A stretch of DNA of 64,000 nucleotides, taken from the NCBI GenBank assembly GCA_014728085.1, contig WJMF01000164.1, positions 1,418-65,417 on the forward strand. Reading direction: 5' to 3'. Below are positions 49,230 through 59,702 of the stretch, piece after piece (positions within the stretch are counted from its first letter, which is position 1; every line of letters starts with the position of its first letter). The stretch is from Candidatus Zhuqueibacterota bacterium (GTDB lineage: Bacteria > Zhuqueibacterota > Zhuqueibacteria > Residuimicrobiales > Oceaniaggregativiventaceae). Position numbers and translations under genes: made by a program. A model generated the notes under the pieces. That model did not search any database, was not told the origin of the DNA, and saw nothing but the letters and a program-made list of their open reading frames with translations.

Positions 49230-50999
49230 ATGAAAAAGGTCATTGTTTTTATTTTGTTGTTGGTTGTTGTCGCTGTTGCAACAGAAAAATTGTCTACAGT
49301 GCGGCCCTATGAACCCATCGTTATCAATGGCTGGTCCGCTCGGGAATATACCGGTGTGCCGGTGAATGAGATTTTTGTTTTTGCCTATGACAGCGACAGC
49401 GAAAGCTGGAGCATGATACCCTTCCAGATCGACGAACGGGTCAAGCTTGACGATCCGTTTTATGAAAATCGCGCTCCGCGGCATTTCTATGTCCAGCCCA
49501 ACACGAACAGCTTTATGTATTCCATAACAGACACATTGCCGGAATGGGATGTGGATGATGAGCTTTCCTTTATGGCGGCGGATCTGGGAGACAAGGCTCC
49601 GGATGATAGCTGGATCGATAATGAAGAGGCAGTAACGCACGACCGGCTGGAACTCAGATTTGTCGATCCATTGAATAGCGACTGCGAAGGGTATGCTTAC
49701 CTCTACCGCTCCTCTACATTAACCATGCCGGATTCGGTGGCGACAAAATACGGTATGAGCTTTGAACCCTATCAGCATATCGTTGAAAGTAATATGTACA
49801 GGGTGCGGCTTCAGCGGCAACAGACGAGCGCGCAGAACGGTTTATTGTCAAATGTATCCATCAAATCGCCGTTTGGGACGGGAGTTGATATTTTTGATAT
49901 CCAAAAGTTGCGTTTTCAGGGCAGTATCACCAGGGGATCATTTTATCTTCCGATTGGTAAAAATGGAACGCCGGCAGGAGACGAGGATTTTCTCGTTGTC
50001 TATGATAATGAAGACTATTTATCCTATACGGCAAATCCCGTCGTTCGCGTGGTCCGTGAAGTGCGGCAGACGGTGGGAGGACAAAATTCACGGATAGATG
50101 AATTTGGCTTTTATGTGCGGACAAAGTTTTATCCCTTCAGCGGCACAATCGAGGGAGGAGCCAGTCTGCATTCGGATAGTCTGAGTTCAGAACTCGATCC
50201 GGGTGAAGATTATTACGTGGAGCTGGAATACATTCGGCAGTCCTGGGATTTAAACGCGAATGCCGCCGGCATGCGTTACTATAACCGCCATAACACCGGC
50301 ATTGTTGTGGACGGCAACCCGGACCAGGTGGATACATCCGTTGATGTGCCCATCTCGGAATGGAACATGGTCAGCGGTGAACAGGGCACCTTTTTCAATT
50401 ATGTTGAACTTGAGGAAAGCAACTGGCAAAGCGTACAGTTATATTACCGCGACAATGCCGGTGGCGGTGTTTCCGATGATATTGATGCTGAAAACAGCGA
50501 TACAGGTGACATGAAAAGTTATGGCGATCATGGATTGATGATGCACCGCCAGACCGATCCCGGCAACATCAACCTCGAATTGGGGTTCATCGCCTATTTT
50601 TTGCCTGCCAATAAGGATCGGGTGTTTGCCGAAAAACTGGCGACCTGGATACAAACCCCGATCCGACCTCCTCAGCATCGGCTTGTGGCCGGTGTTGATG
50701 ATGTCGCGCATTCGGTGCCGGATGCTTTCAGGCTCTGGCAGAATTATCCCAATCCTTTCAACGGCACCACCAGGGTTCGCTTTGCCTTGTCGCGGCCTCA
50801 GCATCTGGTCATATCGGTCTACGATTTGACGGGCAAAGAGGTGGTCAGACTGGCTGATGACCATTTTCCCGGCGGTGTGCATGAGCTGGCCTGGGCGGCG
50901 ACAAATTCCCGGGGAGAGAGTGTTGCTTCGGGGCTTTATATTCTAAAACTATCCGCTGCCGATGTTGTTCAAACCCGAAAACTGGTCTATATCAGGTAG
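49230..50999 (+). CDS. secreted protein with C-terminal T9SS/FlgD-Ig-like sorting domain
   Basis: signal peptide; C-terminal LWQNYPNPFN...VYDLTG...ASGLYI...TRKLV; N-terminal part unrecognised. Confidence 0.75.
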   Translation: MKKVIVFILLLVVVAVATEKLSTVRPYEPIVINGWSAREYTGVPVNEIFVFAYDSDSESWSMIPFQIDERVKLDDPFYENRAPRHFYVQPNTNSFMYSITDTLPEWDVDDELSFMAADLGDKAPDDSWIDNEEAVTHDRLELRFVDPLNSDCEGYAYLYRSSTLTMPDSVATKYGMSFEPYQHIVESNMYRVRLQRQQTSAQNGLLSNVSIKSPFGTGVDIFDIQKLRFQGSITRGSFYLPIGKNGTPAGDEDFLVVYDNEDYLSYTANPVVRVVREVRQTVGGQNSRIDEFGFYVRTKFYPFSGTIEGGASLHSDSLSSELDPGEDYYVELEYIRQSWDLNANAAGMRYYNRHNTGIVVDGNPDQVDTSVDVPISEWNMVSGEQGTFFNYVELEESNWQSVQLYYRDNAGGGVSDDIDAENSDTGDMKSYGDHGLMMHRQTDPGNINLELGFIAYFLPANKDRVFAEKLATWIQTPIRPPQHRLVAGVDDVAHSVPDAFRLWQNYPNPFNGTTRVRFALSRPQHLVISVYDLTGKEVVRLADDHFPGGVHELAWAATNSRGESVASGLYILKLSAADVVQTRKLVYIR

Positions 51000-51004
51000 A
51001 GCGT

Positions 51005-51808
51005 ATGATGACAAGATCTTTATTCTATATATTTGCAAGCCTGCTTGTTGTGGGCGGGTGCTCAGTTGATCACGGCATTGCCCCCCTGCCGGGCCGCCTT
51101 GAAGTGGATGTCTCTTTTCGCGGCGAGGCACCGCCGAACACACGGGGAATCTATCTCATTGTGGCGCCGCAATTTCCACCGCATGCGATCAATGAACTCT
51201 ATCAGGTGCCCAATAGTCTGCCGCTGGATCAGAAACAGATTTCCACCGGGATCGATTTGCCCTATGGTCACTATGATGCCTTTGCGCTGTGGTGGTACAG
51301 CTCAGATACCAAATCCAATCTCGCGGATATACTGGCCATGCCATTGGACTATACCAATTTCTATCTGCCAATGGGGTTTGATATCACGCGGGAACAGCCG
51401 GTGGTGAAAAAGTCGTTGATCGCGGACTGGAACGGCGTCAACCGCGATGCCGCCATCAAGGGGACGATAACCTTTAACGGTCCCTTTCCGGACAACACCC
51501 TGGCGGTTGCGGTTGCGGCGTTTAAATACAAGCCGGAAGCACCGGTACACTTTCTCATCTATTTGAAATCCATTGATTTTGGTGTTGATGAGAATCCCTA
51601 TGATTTTATTTTGCCGGTTCGACGCGGGGGGACCGGTTATATCGCGGCTTATTGGTTGCCGGAAAATGCGGCATTAATGGATTTTAGAGAGATCGGCGTC
51701 TATCGCGATCCGGCGGCACCGGAACATCCGGGCAAGGTAACGCTTTCCAGCGGCGAGACCAGAAGCGGTATAAATATCGAGGCTGACTGGAACAAGATAG
51801 AGGATTGA
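51005..51808 (+). CDS. lipoprotein of unknown function with two repeated beta domains
   Basis: lipobox VVGGC; internal repeat of F-x-G-x-x-P-x-N-T. Confidence 0.65.
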   Translation: MMTRSLFYIFASLLVVGGCSVDHGIAPLPGRLEVDVSFRGEAPPNTRGIYLIVAPQFPPHAINELYQVPNSLPLDQKQISTGIDLPYGHYDAFALWWYSSDTKSNLADILAMPLDYTNFYLPMGFDITREQPVVKKSLIADWNGVNRDAAIKGTITFNGPFPDNTLAVAVAAFKYKPEAPVHFLIYLKSIDFGVDENPYDFILPVRRGGTGYIAAYWLPENAALMDFREIGVYRDPAAPEHPGKVTLSSGETRSGINIEADWNKIED

Positions 51809-51815
51809 TCGGCAA

Positions 51816-53966
51816 ATGCAAAAATACGCTATAATTGTCTTTATATTGATTTGCAGCCCGGGTATTATCTTTGCGCAACATACGGGGCTGAGCGGTCGGG
51901 TCGTTGATTCGGAAGACGGTACCCCCCTTGCCGGTGTCAATATACAGATACTGGGTACGACAAGGGGTGCGAGTACGGATTTACAGGGAAAGTATATTAT
52001 TGAAAGAGCTCCGGTGGGCAGTTTTACGGTGCGGGCCTCAATGATCGGATACCGGGCCAAAATATTTAAAGAGGTACGATTACGGGTTGGTCAGAACAAC
52101 CGGCTCGATATAAAATTGGTCGCAACGCCCATTGAATTTGATCCGATTGTTGTTTTGGGCGGAAAATCCAAACAGAGGCTGGATCAGGCGCCGGTCTCCA
52201 TTTCCGTGATAACCGCCAAAGAGATCGAACAGCGCAATCCGGTCGATTTGATAGAGGCGCTGGAAACCATGCCGGGTGTGCATTTTGTCGGAAATCAGAT
52301 CAATATACGCGGATCGACGGGTTATACGTTTGGAGCCGGCAATAAAGTTTTATTGCTTTTGGATGGCGTCCCGGTATATGCCAGCGATACCGGCGAGTTC
52401 AATTGGGATATGCTTTCCCCTTTTGATGTGGAGCAGATCGAGGTTTTAAAGGGTGCAGGCTCGACATTGTGGGGAGCTTCGGCGCTGGGTGGCGTCGTCA
52501 ACATTATTACCAAAGATCCTTCGCCGCAGGGCAAACTCGGCATTTCCTACAGTGTTGGACGCTATGACGATCCTTTTTACCAGGAGTGGTATTGGACGAA
52601 TCATGAACGGCTGCATTTCACCCGGGAAGATGTCAGTTATAGCAAGCGAATCGGCTCGTTGGGTTTGCGTTTGTCGGCTTCCCGCTTTATGTCTACGGGA
52701 TACAGGGAGCTGGGCGATGCGCAAAAGATTGCTCTGACGGGAAAGCTCGATTATCGGTTTGGCGATGTGTTGTGGAACAACTATATTGCTTATAGTAAGA
52801 TCGATCGCGGATTTTTCCTGCAGTGGAAGAGCCAAAATGATCCTTACGAGGTTGACCCGCGTAATCTGGGAAACCAGGCTGACGTCAATCAGCTAAATTT
52901 TTACACCAAAGTAACCATTCCATTTTCCGCCAAGTTTTCAATTCAGTTTCGGGGATCTTTTGTTCGTACGTTGATGGGCAATCAATTCAGCAGCAGCGCT
53001 GATTTTAATCCTGCTATCGGCCAGGGGGTTGAGGTACAATTTGATTATCTTCCTGTTTCTCCTCACCATTTTACCGGCGGCGTGCAGTTTCAGTACGATG
53101 CCGGAAGTGCCAAATTTTTCGGCGATCACAAAGGATATTTTATTGGTCCCTATTTTCAGGATGAATGGAAAATAAATGACAACCTTCGCGTCACCACCGG
53201 CTTTCGCTATGACCGCTATCAGCTCATTAACGGATTAAAGGAAGACCTCTTCAGTCCGCGCCTGGGCATAAACTGGCAACCCTGGTCCACAACGACGGTG
53301 AGGGGATCGGTAGGCAGCGGCTTTCGGGCTGCCACCATTGTGGAACGCTTTTTTGAGTATAATGTGATGAATTTTAAAGTTTTATCCAATCCGGACCTCA
53401 AAGCCGAGAGTTCCTGGGCTTATGATATCGGATTCAGGCATTACTTTACAGATTTTTTTAATATCGATGTTTCATTTTTTGATAACGAGTACTGGGAATT
53501 GATCGAAGCGCATATGGATTTGATTCGGGGTCAGATCCAGTTTCGCAATGTGCCGCGGGCGCGTATTCGAGGCGTTGAATTGTCGGTGAACACCTCTTTT
53601 CCGATCTATTTTCTGGAGGTTGATCTGCAAACCAGTATGACGACAATGGATCATGAAAATTTACATGTTAACGCCCCCCTGCCCTATCGGCCGGAGACAA
53701 TCGGAAACCTCAAGGCCGCGCTTCGATTCAAAACGTTTCAATGGCAGCTGGATTATCGTTACGCAAGCCGGATCGAAGCGGTTAAGGTTTACCCCATAAA
53801 CGAACGGGTACCAATGAAGATCATTGACACCCGTTTATTATACCGATATAACCAATTCGCCGTTCATTTTGCCGTGAACAATTTATTGCAATACAACTAT
53901 GCGCCTATGGAGAGTAATCTTTTGCCGATGCGTCATTTTGTTCTTGGCGTTAAAGCGGAATTTTAA
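51816..53966 (+). CDS. TonB-dependent receptor
   Basis: N-terminal CarboxypepD_reg-like domain, plug (INIRGS, LLDGVP, IEVLKG, GGVVNIIT), NPDLKAE, C-terminal Phe. Confidence 0.92.
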   Translation: MQKYAIIVFILICSPGIIFAQHTGLSGRVVDSEDGTPLAGVNIQILGTTRGASTDLQGKYIIERAPVGSFTVRASMIGYRAKIFKEVRLRVGQNNRLDIKLVATPIEFDPIVVLGGKSKQRLDQAPVSISVITAKEIEQRNPVDLIEALETMPGVHFVGNQINIRGSTGYTFGAGNKVLLLLDGVPVYASDTGEFNWDMLSPFDVEQIEVLKGAGSTLWGASALGGVVNIITKDPSPQGKLGISYSVGRYDDPFYQEWYWTNHERLHFTREDVSYSKRIGSLGLRLSASRFMSTGYRELGDAQKIALTGKLDYRFGDVLWNNYIAYSKIDRGFFLQWKSQNDPYEVDPRNLGNQADVNQLNFYTKVTIPFSAKFSIQFRGSFVRTLMGNQFSSSADFNPAIGQGVEVQFDYLPVSPHHFTGGVQFQYDAGSAKFFGDHKGYFIGPYFQDEWKINDNLRVTTGFRYDRYQLINGLKEDLFSPRLGINWQPWSTTTVRGSVGSGFRAATIVERFFEYNVMNFKVLSNPDLKAESSWAYDIGFRHYFTDFFNIDVSFFDNEYWELIEAHMDLIRGQIQFRNVPRARIRGVELSVNTSFPIYFLEVDLQTSMTTMDHENLHVNAPLPYRPETIGNLKAALRFKTFQWQLDYRYASRIEAVKVYPINERVPMKIIDTRLLYRYNQFAVHFAVNNLLQYNYAPMESNLLPMRHFVLGVKAEF

Positions 53967-55759
53967 AAATACATGCCGCGATAATCCTCGATATTCGATT
54001 TTTCCTTTTGTCTTGTATACCATTGATTGTAAATCATGTTCTGGCGTCGGTTTATCAGCTGATAGAGCAGGCTTGTTTTTTGGCCGGCATAGTTCTCTTC
54101 GTTGATATCCTTTTTATCGATCAGCTGAATGAGATAATAACCACGACTGCCTTTGACCGGTTTGGAAATTTCGCCAACTTGCAGCGCATAAGCGGCGCCT
54201 GTCACTCTGGGTTCCCGGCCTATGCCTTTGATGGATGCGGACACATTGACCAGGTCTGAGGATTTTACCTGCAAGCTGTCCTGCATTGCAGCCTCATCCA
54301 GCGGTGTTCCTTGTTGGATTTGTTCGTAAATCCGTTTAGCCCGGTTTTTTGCCACTTGCATCCTTTTTTCTTCTTCGAGTTTATTGATGATTTGATTGCG
54401 AACCTCTTCCAGGGGTTTGGTGTGTTCGGGAATGACCTCTGCAACCTCAACAACATAAAAGCCTTTTGCCGTGTTGTAGACAGGGCTTACAGTGCCGACT
54501 TGACTACGATATGCAAAGCGGTTAATTCGCTGTTCCATACCAATTCCTGGAATAAAGGCTTCTTTTTCAAAGGGCGGAGTAATTTGTATTTCTATTCCTT
54601 CTGCCTGTGCAACTGTATCCAAATTGGTCTCTATGGCGAACTCGGAGATGTATTCCGCTTCTTCTCGCTGAGATTCAACAGTCATGGGTGAGGCTTCAAA
54701 TTTCAGGAGAATGTGACTGGCCCGAACCTGCATTTCGCCCTGTTCGCGTTTTTTGTCGACAACTTTGATAATGTGAACGCCGAATTGTGAGGTGACGGGG
54801 CCGACAATGTCACCTTCCCGGGCATTGAATGCAGCTTGTTCAAATGGTTTTACCATTTGTCCCCGGCCAAAATATCCGAGGTCGCCGTCTTGTTGTGCCG
54901 AGCCGGGATCCTGGGAGTAAATTTTGGCCAGCTCACCAAAATTGGCTCCTTCTTTGGCTTCTTTTAACAATTCTTCGGCTTCGTTATAGATTCGCTGGGT
55001 ATCAGCGCTTGTCGTCGAGGTTTCCAGAAAGACATATTTCAAACTGCGCCGTTCATTCTCATGATATTCTTCTTTGTGTTGTTGATAATGCTCTAAAATT
55101 TCGGTATCGCCGGGAGCCTGAACTTCCTTCGCATAGTTGGTCGCATTGAAAAAGAGATAATCTATTTTGATTTTGGCGTTTTGTTTGAGATATTCAAGAT
55201 AAGTATCTGTTTCCGAAACCAATACGGATGCTTTGAGCATTCTGTCGAGTTTCTCATAGGGCAGGCTGGCTCTGACATAATTTTCGACCGGGACCCAATC
55301 CGCGCCGGGATTGTTAAGCGCCTGTTGATACTTTTCCATATTGAAATTTCCGGCCGAATCCTGGAACACCTCCTGATTTTTGATCAACTCCGGCGGATCA
55401 TTAAAAATGGTTTGAACCACTTCTTCATTGGTTGCATCCAAATTCATTTTTTGGATATAATCCGCAATCAGGCGTTGCTGTACGAGCCCCTCGAAAACCT
55501 GATTTTCGAGCTGTTGCAGCTGATATCCTTCCGGGTCTTCACCGGATCGTTCGCGATATTGTGCCATTTGAGATTGATATTGATTATAAAATTCATCATA
55601 AGATATTTCATCGCCATTTACTTCACCAATAACGCCGCGGGTCTGGGTTTGTTTAACTCCGCCCATACCCCAATTAAATATGATGGTTGCTATAAACGCT
55701 CCCACCAATATAAGCAGAATTGTCTTGGTGTTTTGTCGCATTCGATTCATTAAAGCCAT
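53963..55759 (-). CDS. PpiD/SurA-type periplasmic chaperone with parvulin PPIase domain
   Basis: N-terminal TM, SurA_N-like region, GDLGYFGRGQMVKPFE, SQFGVHIIK, ASHILL. Confidence 0.88.
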   Translation of the reverse strand: MALMNRMRQNTKTILLILVGAFIATIIFNWGMGGVKQTQTRGVIGEVNGDEISYDEFYNQYQSQMAQYRERSGEDPEGYQLQQLENQVFEGLVQQRLIADYIQKMNLDATNEEVVQTIFNDPPELIKNQEVFQDSAGNFNMEKYQQALNNPGADWVPVENYVRASLPYEKLDRMLKASVLVSETDTYLEYLKQNAKIKIDYLFFNATNYAKEVQAPGDTEILEHYQQHKEEYHENERRSLKYVFLETSTTSADTQRIYNEAEELLKEAKEGANFGELAKIYSQDPGSAQQDGDLGYFGRGQMVKPFEQAAFNAREGDIVGPVTSQFGVHIIKVVDKKREQGEMQVRASHILLKFEASPMTVESQREEAEYISEFAIETNLDTVAQAEGIEIQITPPFEKEAFIPGIGMEQRINRFAYRSQVGTVSPVYNTAKGFYVVEVAEVIPEHTKPLEEVRNQIINKLEEEKRMQVAKNRAKRIYEQIQQGTPLDEAAMQDSLQVKSSDLVNVSASIKGIGREPRVTGAAYALQVGEISKPVKGSRGYYLIQLIDKKDINEENYAGQKTSLLYQLINRRQNMIYNQWYTRQKEKSNIEDYRGMYF

Positions 55760-55999
55760 AAATAATACCTCGTTGCTTATTTTTTACAAGATCTTTTTGG
55801 CGGAATTTTTATAATTAAGAAATATACTCAGCCATTCAATAAAAATCAAGGTGTTTTTGTTTTTCTAATTTCAGGTTTTTATTCAAATTACAATTTTTGT
55901 TGATTTTTTGGTCAAAAACAGTTAATATTATATTCAACCCGAGCCCGCGCACAGGGTTTCCTGATTTTTTAGAATTCAATCATTTTCCCGGAGTTTTTT

Positions 56000-56686
56000 A
56001 TGTGGCTTGAACTGCTAGCTGTTGCCTTATGGGGAGGTATTGTAGCGCTGGATACGACAGCAGCATTCCAGTTTATGGTTTCGCAACCGATTGTTGCAGC
56101 TTCTGTAGTCGGGCTATTGATGGGAAATTTTCCCCTGGCTTTTGCTGTGGGGTTGTTTTTGCAGTTGATTTGGTTGAATGAACTGCCTGTTGGCGCCGCC
56201 TATTTTTCCGAGGGCAATATCGGATCTGTTGTTGCTGCGGCTGTGGCAATTTTTAGCGTTGAAGTTACAGGGCGTCCGACGTCTTCCCTGGCCCTTTCAC
56301 TTTTGTTTGGGGTATTAACAGCGTATATCGGCGGCAAGGTTGTCCTTTTAATGCGTAATTTTAACGGTAAGCGATATCATGCTTTATTAACAATTGAATC
56401 CCTTAAGGTTTCGCACATCGAGCGGGCGCATTTATGTTCTCTCTGGTTTTTATTTTTCAGTGGAGTTGTCACGACTTTTGTTTTGATTTTTTTGGGAGGC
56501 AGAATTATACTTCCTCTGGTTATTGATTTTTTGCCTCTTTTTGTTGATAACTGGCTGGCTCCGGTTAGCAGCGCCTTTTTGGGTATTGGTTTTGCAATTT
56601 TATTTTATATTTTTTACAGCAAAAGAGAGTGGTGGTTGCTCCTTGCATCGGTCGTGGGCGGATTTATTTTGGTTTCTTTGATATAA
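56000..56686 (+). CDS. PTS mannose/sorbose-family IIC component
   Basis: QFMVSQPIV, LPVGA; hydrophobic; upstream of IID. Confidence 0.85.
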   Translation: MWLELLAVALWGGIVALDTTAAFQFMVSQPIVAASVVGLLMGNFPLAFAVGLFLQLIWLNELPVGAAYFSEGNIGSVVAAAVAIFSVEVTGRPTSSLALSLLFGVLTAYIGGKVVLLMRNFNGKRYHALLTIESLKVSHIERAHLCSLWFLFFSGVVTTFVLIFLGGRIILPLVIDFLPLFVDNWLAPVSSAFLGIGFAILFYIFYSKREWWLLLASVVGGFILVSLI

Positions 56687-56687
56687 A

Positions 56688-57449
56688 ATGGAGTCGTTTG
56701 TTATGGAGCGTATCAAACGCTCGGATCTATATCGCATTCTTTTTAAAAGTTTTTTGATACAGGGCTCCTGGAATTTTCAGTCAATGCTGGGATTGGGTTT
56801 TTGTTATTGTCTCATACCTGTTTTAAACCGGCTTTACGGTGACGAACGAGAACGTCAGGCTTTTTTAAGACGACATATAGAATTTTTTAATGCACATCCC
56901 TATTTCAGTACCTGGAGCCTGGGTGCCGTTTCCAAGCTGGAAGAAGAAGCTAAACACAAAAAATGGAAAAACCATCAACCTATAAACTTGTTTAAAAACC
57001 GGACAGTGGGGGTGCTGGGTGTTATCGGTGACCGGCTTTTTTGGAATGGATTCAAACCGGCAGCAGCGGCCATGGCCGTAACGATCGGCTTGTTTAGCTG
57101 GGTGGCTATACCGCTTTTTTTGATCGTTTACAATATTCCGCATCTATATGTGAGGATAAAAGGATTGAATCTTGGATATCGAAAAGGATTTGATATTGTA
57201 TCGAATCTTTCCGTGCGTCGTTTTGAGAAATATTTTAGCCTGGCCAGCAAAGCCGGAGTTGTTTTTACCGGTTTATATTTTGGGGCAGCAAGCCTGGAGA
57301 GCTGGGGAGGCGGGAGGGCTTCTTTTTTAACCTTTATTACCGCCATTCCGGTCACCCTCTTGTTAACGCGTAAGGGAAAATCTATAGCAATGTGCGTGTC
57401 AGCCTCTGTGGTTTTGGCTGTTCTGTGGGGCGCTATTTTCAGTAGCTGA
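56688..57449 (+). CDS. PTS mannose/sorbose-family IID component
   Basis: QGSWNF, RHIEFFNAHPY, IGDRLFW, YNIPH. Confidence 0.9.
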   Translation: MESFVMERIKRSDLYRILFKSFLIQGSWNFQSMLGLGFCYCLIPVLNRLYGDERERQAFLRRHIEFFNAHPYFSTWSLGAVSKLEEEAKHKKWKNHQPINLFKNRTVGVLGVIGDRLFWNGFKPAAAAMAVTIGLFSWVAIPLFLIVYNIPHLYVRIKGLNLGYRKGFDIVSNLSVRRFEKYFSLASKAGVVFTGLYFGAASLESWGGGRASFLTFITAIPVTLLLTRKGKSIAMCVSASVVLAVLWGAIFSS

Positions 57450-57462
57450 TAAGGATGAATTT

Positions 57463-57732
57463 ATGTTGAGCAAGGTGTTTAAAATCAAAAATAAAATGGG
57501 TATACATGCACGTCCTGCGAGTTTATTGGTCAAGACCGCCTCACAGTTTGAATCTTCTGTTTATATATCGAAAGACAGTCAGGAAGTCAATGGAAAGAGT
57601 ATTATGGGAATATTAATGCTGGAAGCCGGTTTTGGCAGTGAAATTACCGTCAGCGTTGACGGAAAGGATGAAGCAAGGGCTTTACACGCATTGGAAAAAG
57701 TTATTGATAAGGATCAATTTAACGAAGAGTAA
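57463..57732 (+). CDS. ptsH: phosphocarrier protein HPr
   Basis: GIHARP (His15), NGKSIMG (Ser46). Confidence 0.95.
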   Translation: MLSKVFKIKNKMGIHARPASLLVKTASQFESSVYISKDSQEVNGKSIMGILMLEAGFGSEITVSVDGKDEARALHALEKVIDKDQFNEE

Positions 57733-57739
57733 TATGTAA

Positions 57740-59527
57740 ATGGCACCAGGAAAGAAAAAACAGCAGCAAGTACGGCTTGATGGTCTGGCCGTTTCTCCGG
57801 GTATCGCCATTGGTCCTGTTTATATAAAGGGGAGCAGCATAGAATATGTTGAGAAAAAAAAGCTGACTCCGGAGCAGGTAGAGAGCGAGATCGAAAAATT
57901 TCGGCATGCTATAGAGAACGCAAAAGTTGATATCGAGTGTTTACAGGAAAACGCCGAAAGATCTATAGGAGAGGATAATGCCAGGATATTCGATGCTCAC
58001 AAGCTTATGCTTGAAGATGAAATGATCGTTGACCAGACCATTGCGCGAATAAAAAACAATCTCGAAAACGCAGATTATGCCTTTTCCAGCGTTGTCGATA
58101 CGTTAGAGGCACAGATAAATTCTGCAGAGAGCGATTATTTAAAATCGCGATCGGTGGATCTCTTTGATATAAAGAGACGGGTGGTCGGACATATACTCGG
58201 CAGCGCGGACGAGTGTATTGTACGTTTTTCCAGTGCTGTAATTGTTGTTGCACGGGAGCTCACCCCTTCTGATACGATCAGTTTGGATCGAACCAATACC
58301 CTTGCTTTTGCGGTTGATTTAGGGGGTCAGACATCCCATGCCGCGATTATGGCCAGGGCGCTGAAAGTTCCATCTGTTGTGGGGTTGGGAAAGGCGTCCA
58401 AAACTCTGTCCACCGGAGACGAAGCCATTGTTGATGGTATAGATGGAACGCTCATCCTTTATCCGCGGGAAAAAACAAAGCGATTTTATCGTCAAAAACT
58501 GCAGCGCTACCATCGGTTTGAAGAAAAATTGTCCCGTATTCGAAAATTGCCTGCCCGGACAAAAGACGGAAAAGATATCGAGCTTGTGGCAAACATCGAG
58601 TTTCCGGAAGAGGCGGAGAGCATTCATGAGGAAGGTGCCCAGGGTGTCGGTTTGTACAGAACGGAATATTTGTTTTTAACCCGCAGTCAACTCCCCACAG
58701 AAGAAGAACAGTTTCAGGAATACAAACGCGTCATTGGTGCGATGAAACAACACCCCATTACTATCCGCACGCTGGATATCGGGGGAGATAAAAAACCCTC
58801 ATCCATACAGATTCCTGAAGAAGAGAATCCTTTTCTGGGGTTACGGGGAATCCGCTTATATAAAGATTATGAGGAGATGATAAACACTCAACTTCGTGCT
58901 ATACTGCGGGCAAGTGTATATGGTCAGGTTCGAATTCTTTTTCCGATGATCAATTCGGTTTATGAGATACGGCAATGCAAAGCTCTTGTCGAACAGGTTG
59001 CTGAGCAACTCGGGAATGAACAACTATCCTGTCAGGAAAATATATCGATCGGAGCGATGATTGAGGTGCCATCTTCCGCAATCATCGCTGACTATATTGC
59101 TGCAGAATGCGATTTTTTGAGTATCGGGACAAATGATCTTATTCAATATACACTGGCGGTGGATCGGGGGAATGAACATGTCGCCTATTTGTACCAGGGA
59201 TATCATCCGGCTATTTTGCGATTAATCCGGGATATCGTTGAAAAAGGGCATCAGCAAGGCGTATGGGTCGGTATGTGTGGAGAGCTTGCCAGCGATCCGC
59301 TGATAACGATGGTCCTGATCGGACTTGGTCTTGATGAGTTCAGCGTCAGTCCCATTTCCGTACCATTGATTAAAGAAATTATCCGCCGGGTAGAGTACAC
59401 CGAGTGCGAGAGCTTTGCAGATCGTGTTCTGGGATATGCGTCTGTGAAGGAGGTATCGACTTATCTTCACGAGGTGATGAATAAAAAATTCAAAGATCTC
59501 TTTGGCGGCGATTTGATACATCAGTAG
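57740..59527 (+). CDS. ptsI: PEP-protein phosphotransferase (Enzyme I)
   Basis: TSHAAI, GLYRTE, RTLDIGGDK, ENPFLGLRG, SIGTNDL, GMCGE. Confidence 0.95.
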   Translation: MAPGKKKQQQVRLDGLAVSPGIAIGPVYIKGSSIEYVEKKKLTPEQVESEIEKFRHAIENAKVDIECLQENAERSIGEDNARIFDAHKLMLEDEMIVDQTIARIKNNLENADYAFSSVVDTLEAQINSAESDYLKSRSVDLFDIKRRVVGHILGSADECIVRFSSAVIVVARELTPSDTISLDRTNTLAFAVDLGGQTSHAAIMARALKVPSVVGLGKASKTLSTGDEAIVDGIDGTLILYPREKTKRFYRQKLQRYHRFEEKLSRIRKLPARTKDGKDIELVANIEFPEEAESIHEEGAQGVGLYRTEYLFLTRSQLPTEEEQFQEYKRVIGAMKQHPITIRTLDIGGDKKPSSIQIPEEENPFLGLRGIRLYKDYEEMINTQLRAILRASVYGQVRILFPMINSVYEIRQCKALVEQVAEQLGNEQLSCQENISIGAMIEVPSSAIIADYIAAECDFLSIGTNDLIQYTLAVDRGNEHVAYLYQGYHPAILRLIRDIVEKGHQQGVWVGMCGELASDPLITMVLIGLGLDEFSVSPISVPLIKEIIRRVEYTECESFADRVLGYASVKEVSTYLHEVMNKKFKDLFGGDLIHQ

Positions 59528-59636
59528 CGATATCGGGAGGCAATAAAATTCTTTCATTCATTTTCCTCCTTTGAATAATTTCTTCTCCATACTCCGCAAA
59601 CCATCCTTTTTGCCGTATTGGTATAGAATAAATTTA

Positions 59637-59665
59637 TTGCAACTCTACAGAAAAATGGCTACTTT
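59637..59665 (+). promoter_or_regulatory. sigma70-type promoter of metK-ahcY
   Basis: TTGCAA-N17-TACTTT, about 35 bp before metK; RBS AGGAGAGGAG. Confidence 0.5.
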
Positions 59666-59702
59666 TTTGGTATTTGAATAAATCAAAAAGGAGAGGAGAT
59701 AG

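Noticed and set aside
59528-59702. SAM/SAH riboswitch upstream of metK-ahcY
   Set aside because: No aptamer motif; the apparent promoter lies too close to the RBS to leave room for one
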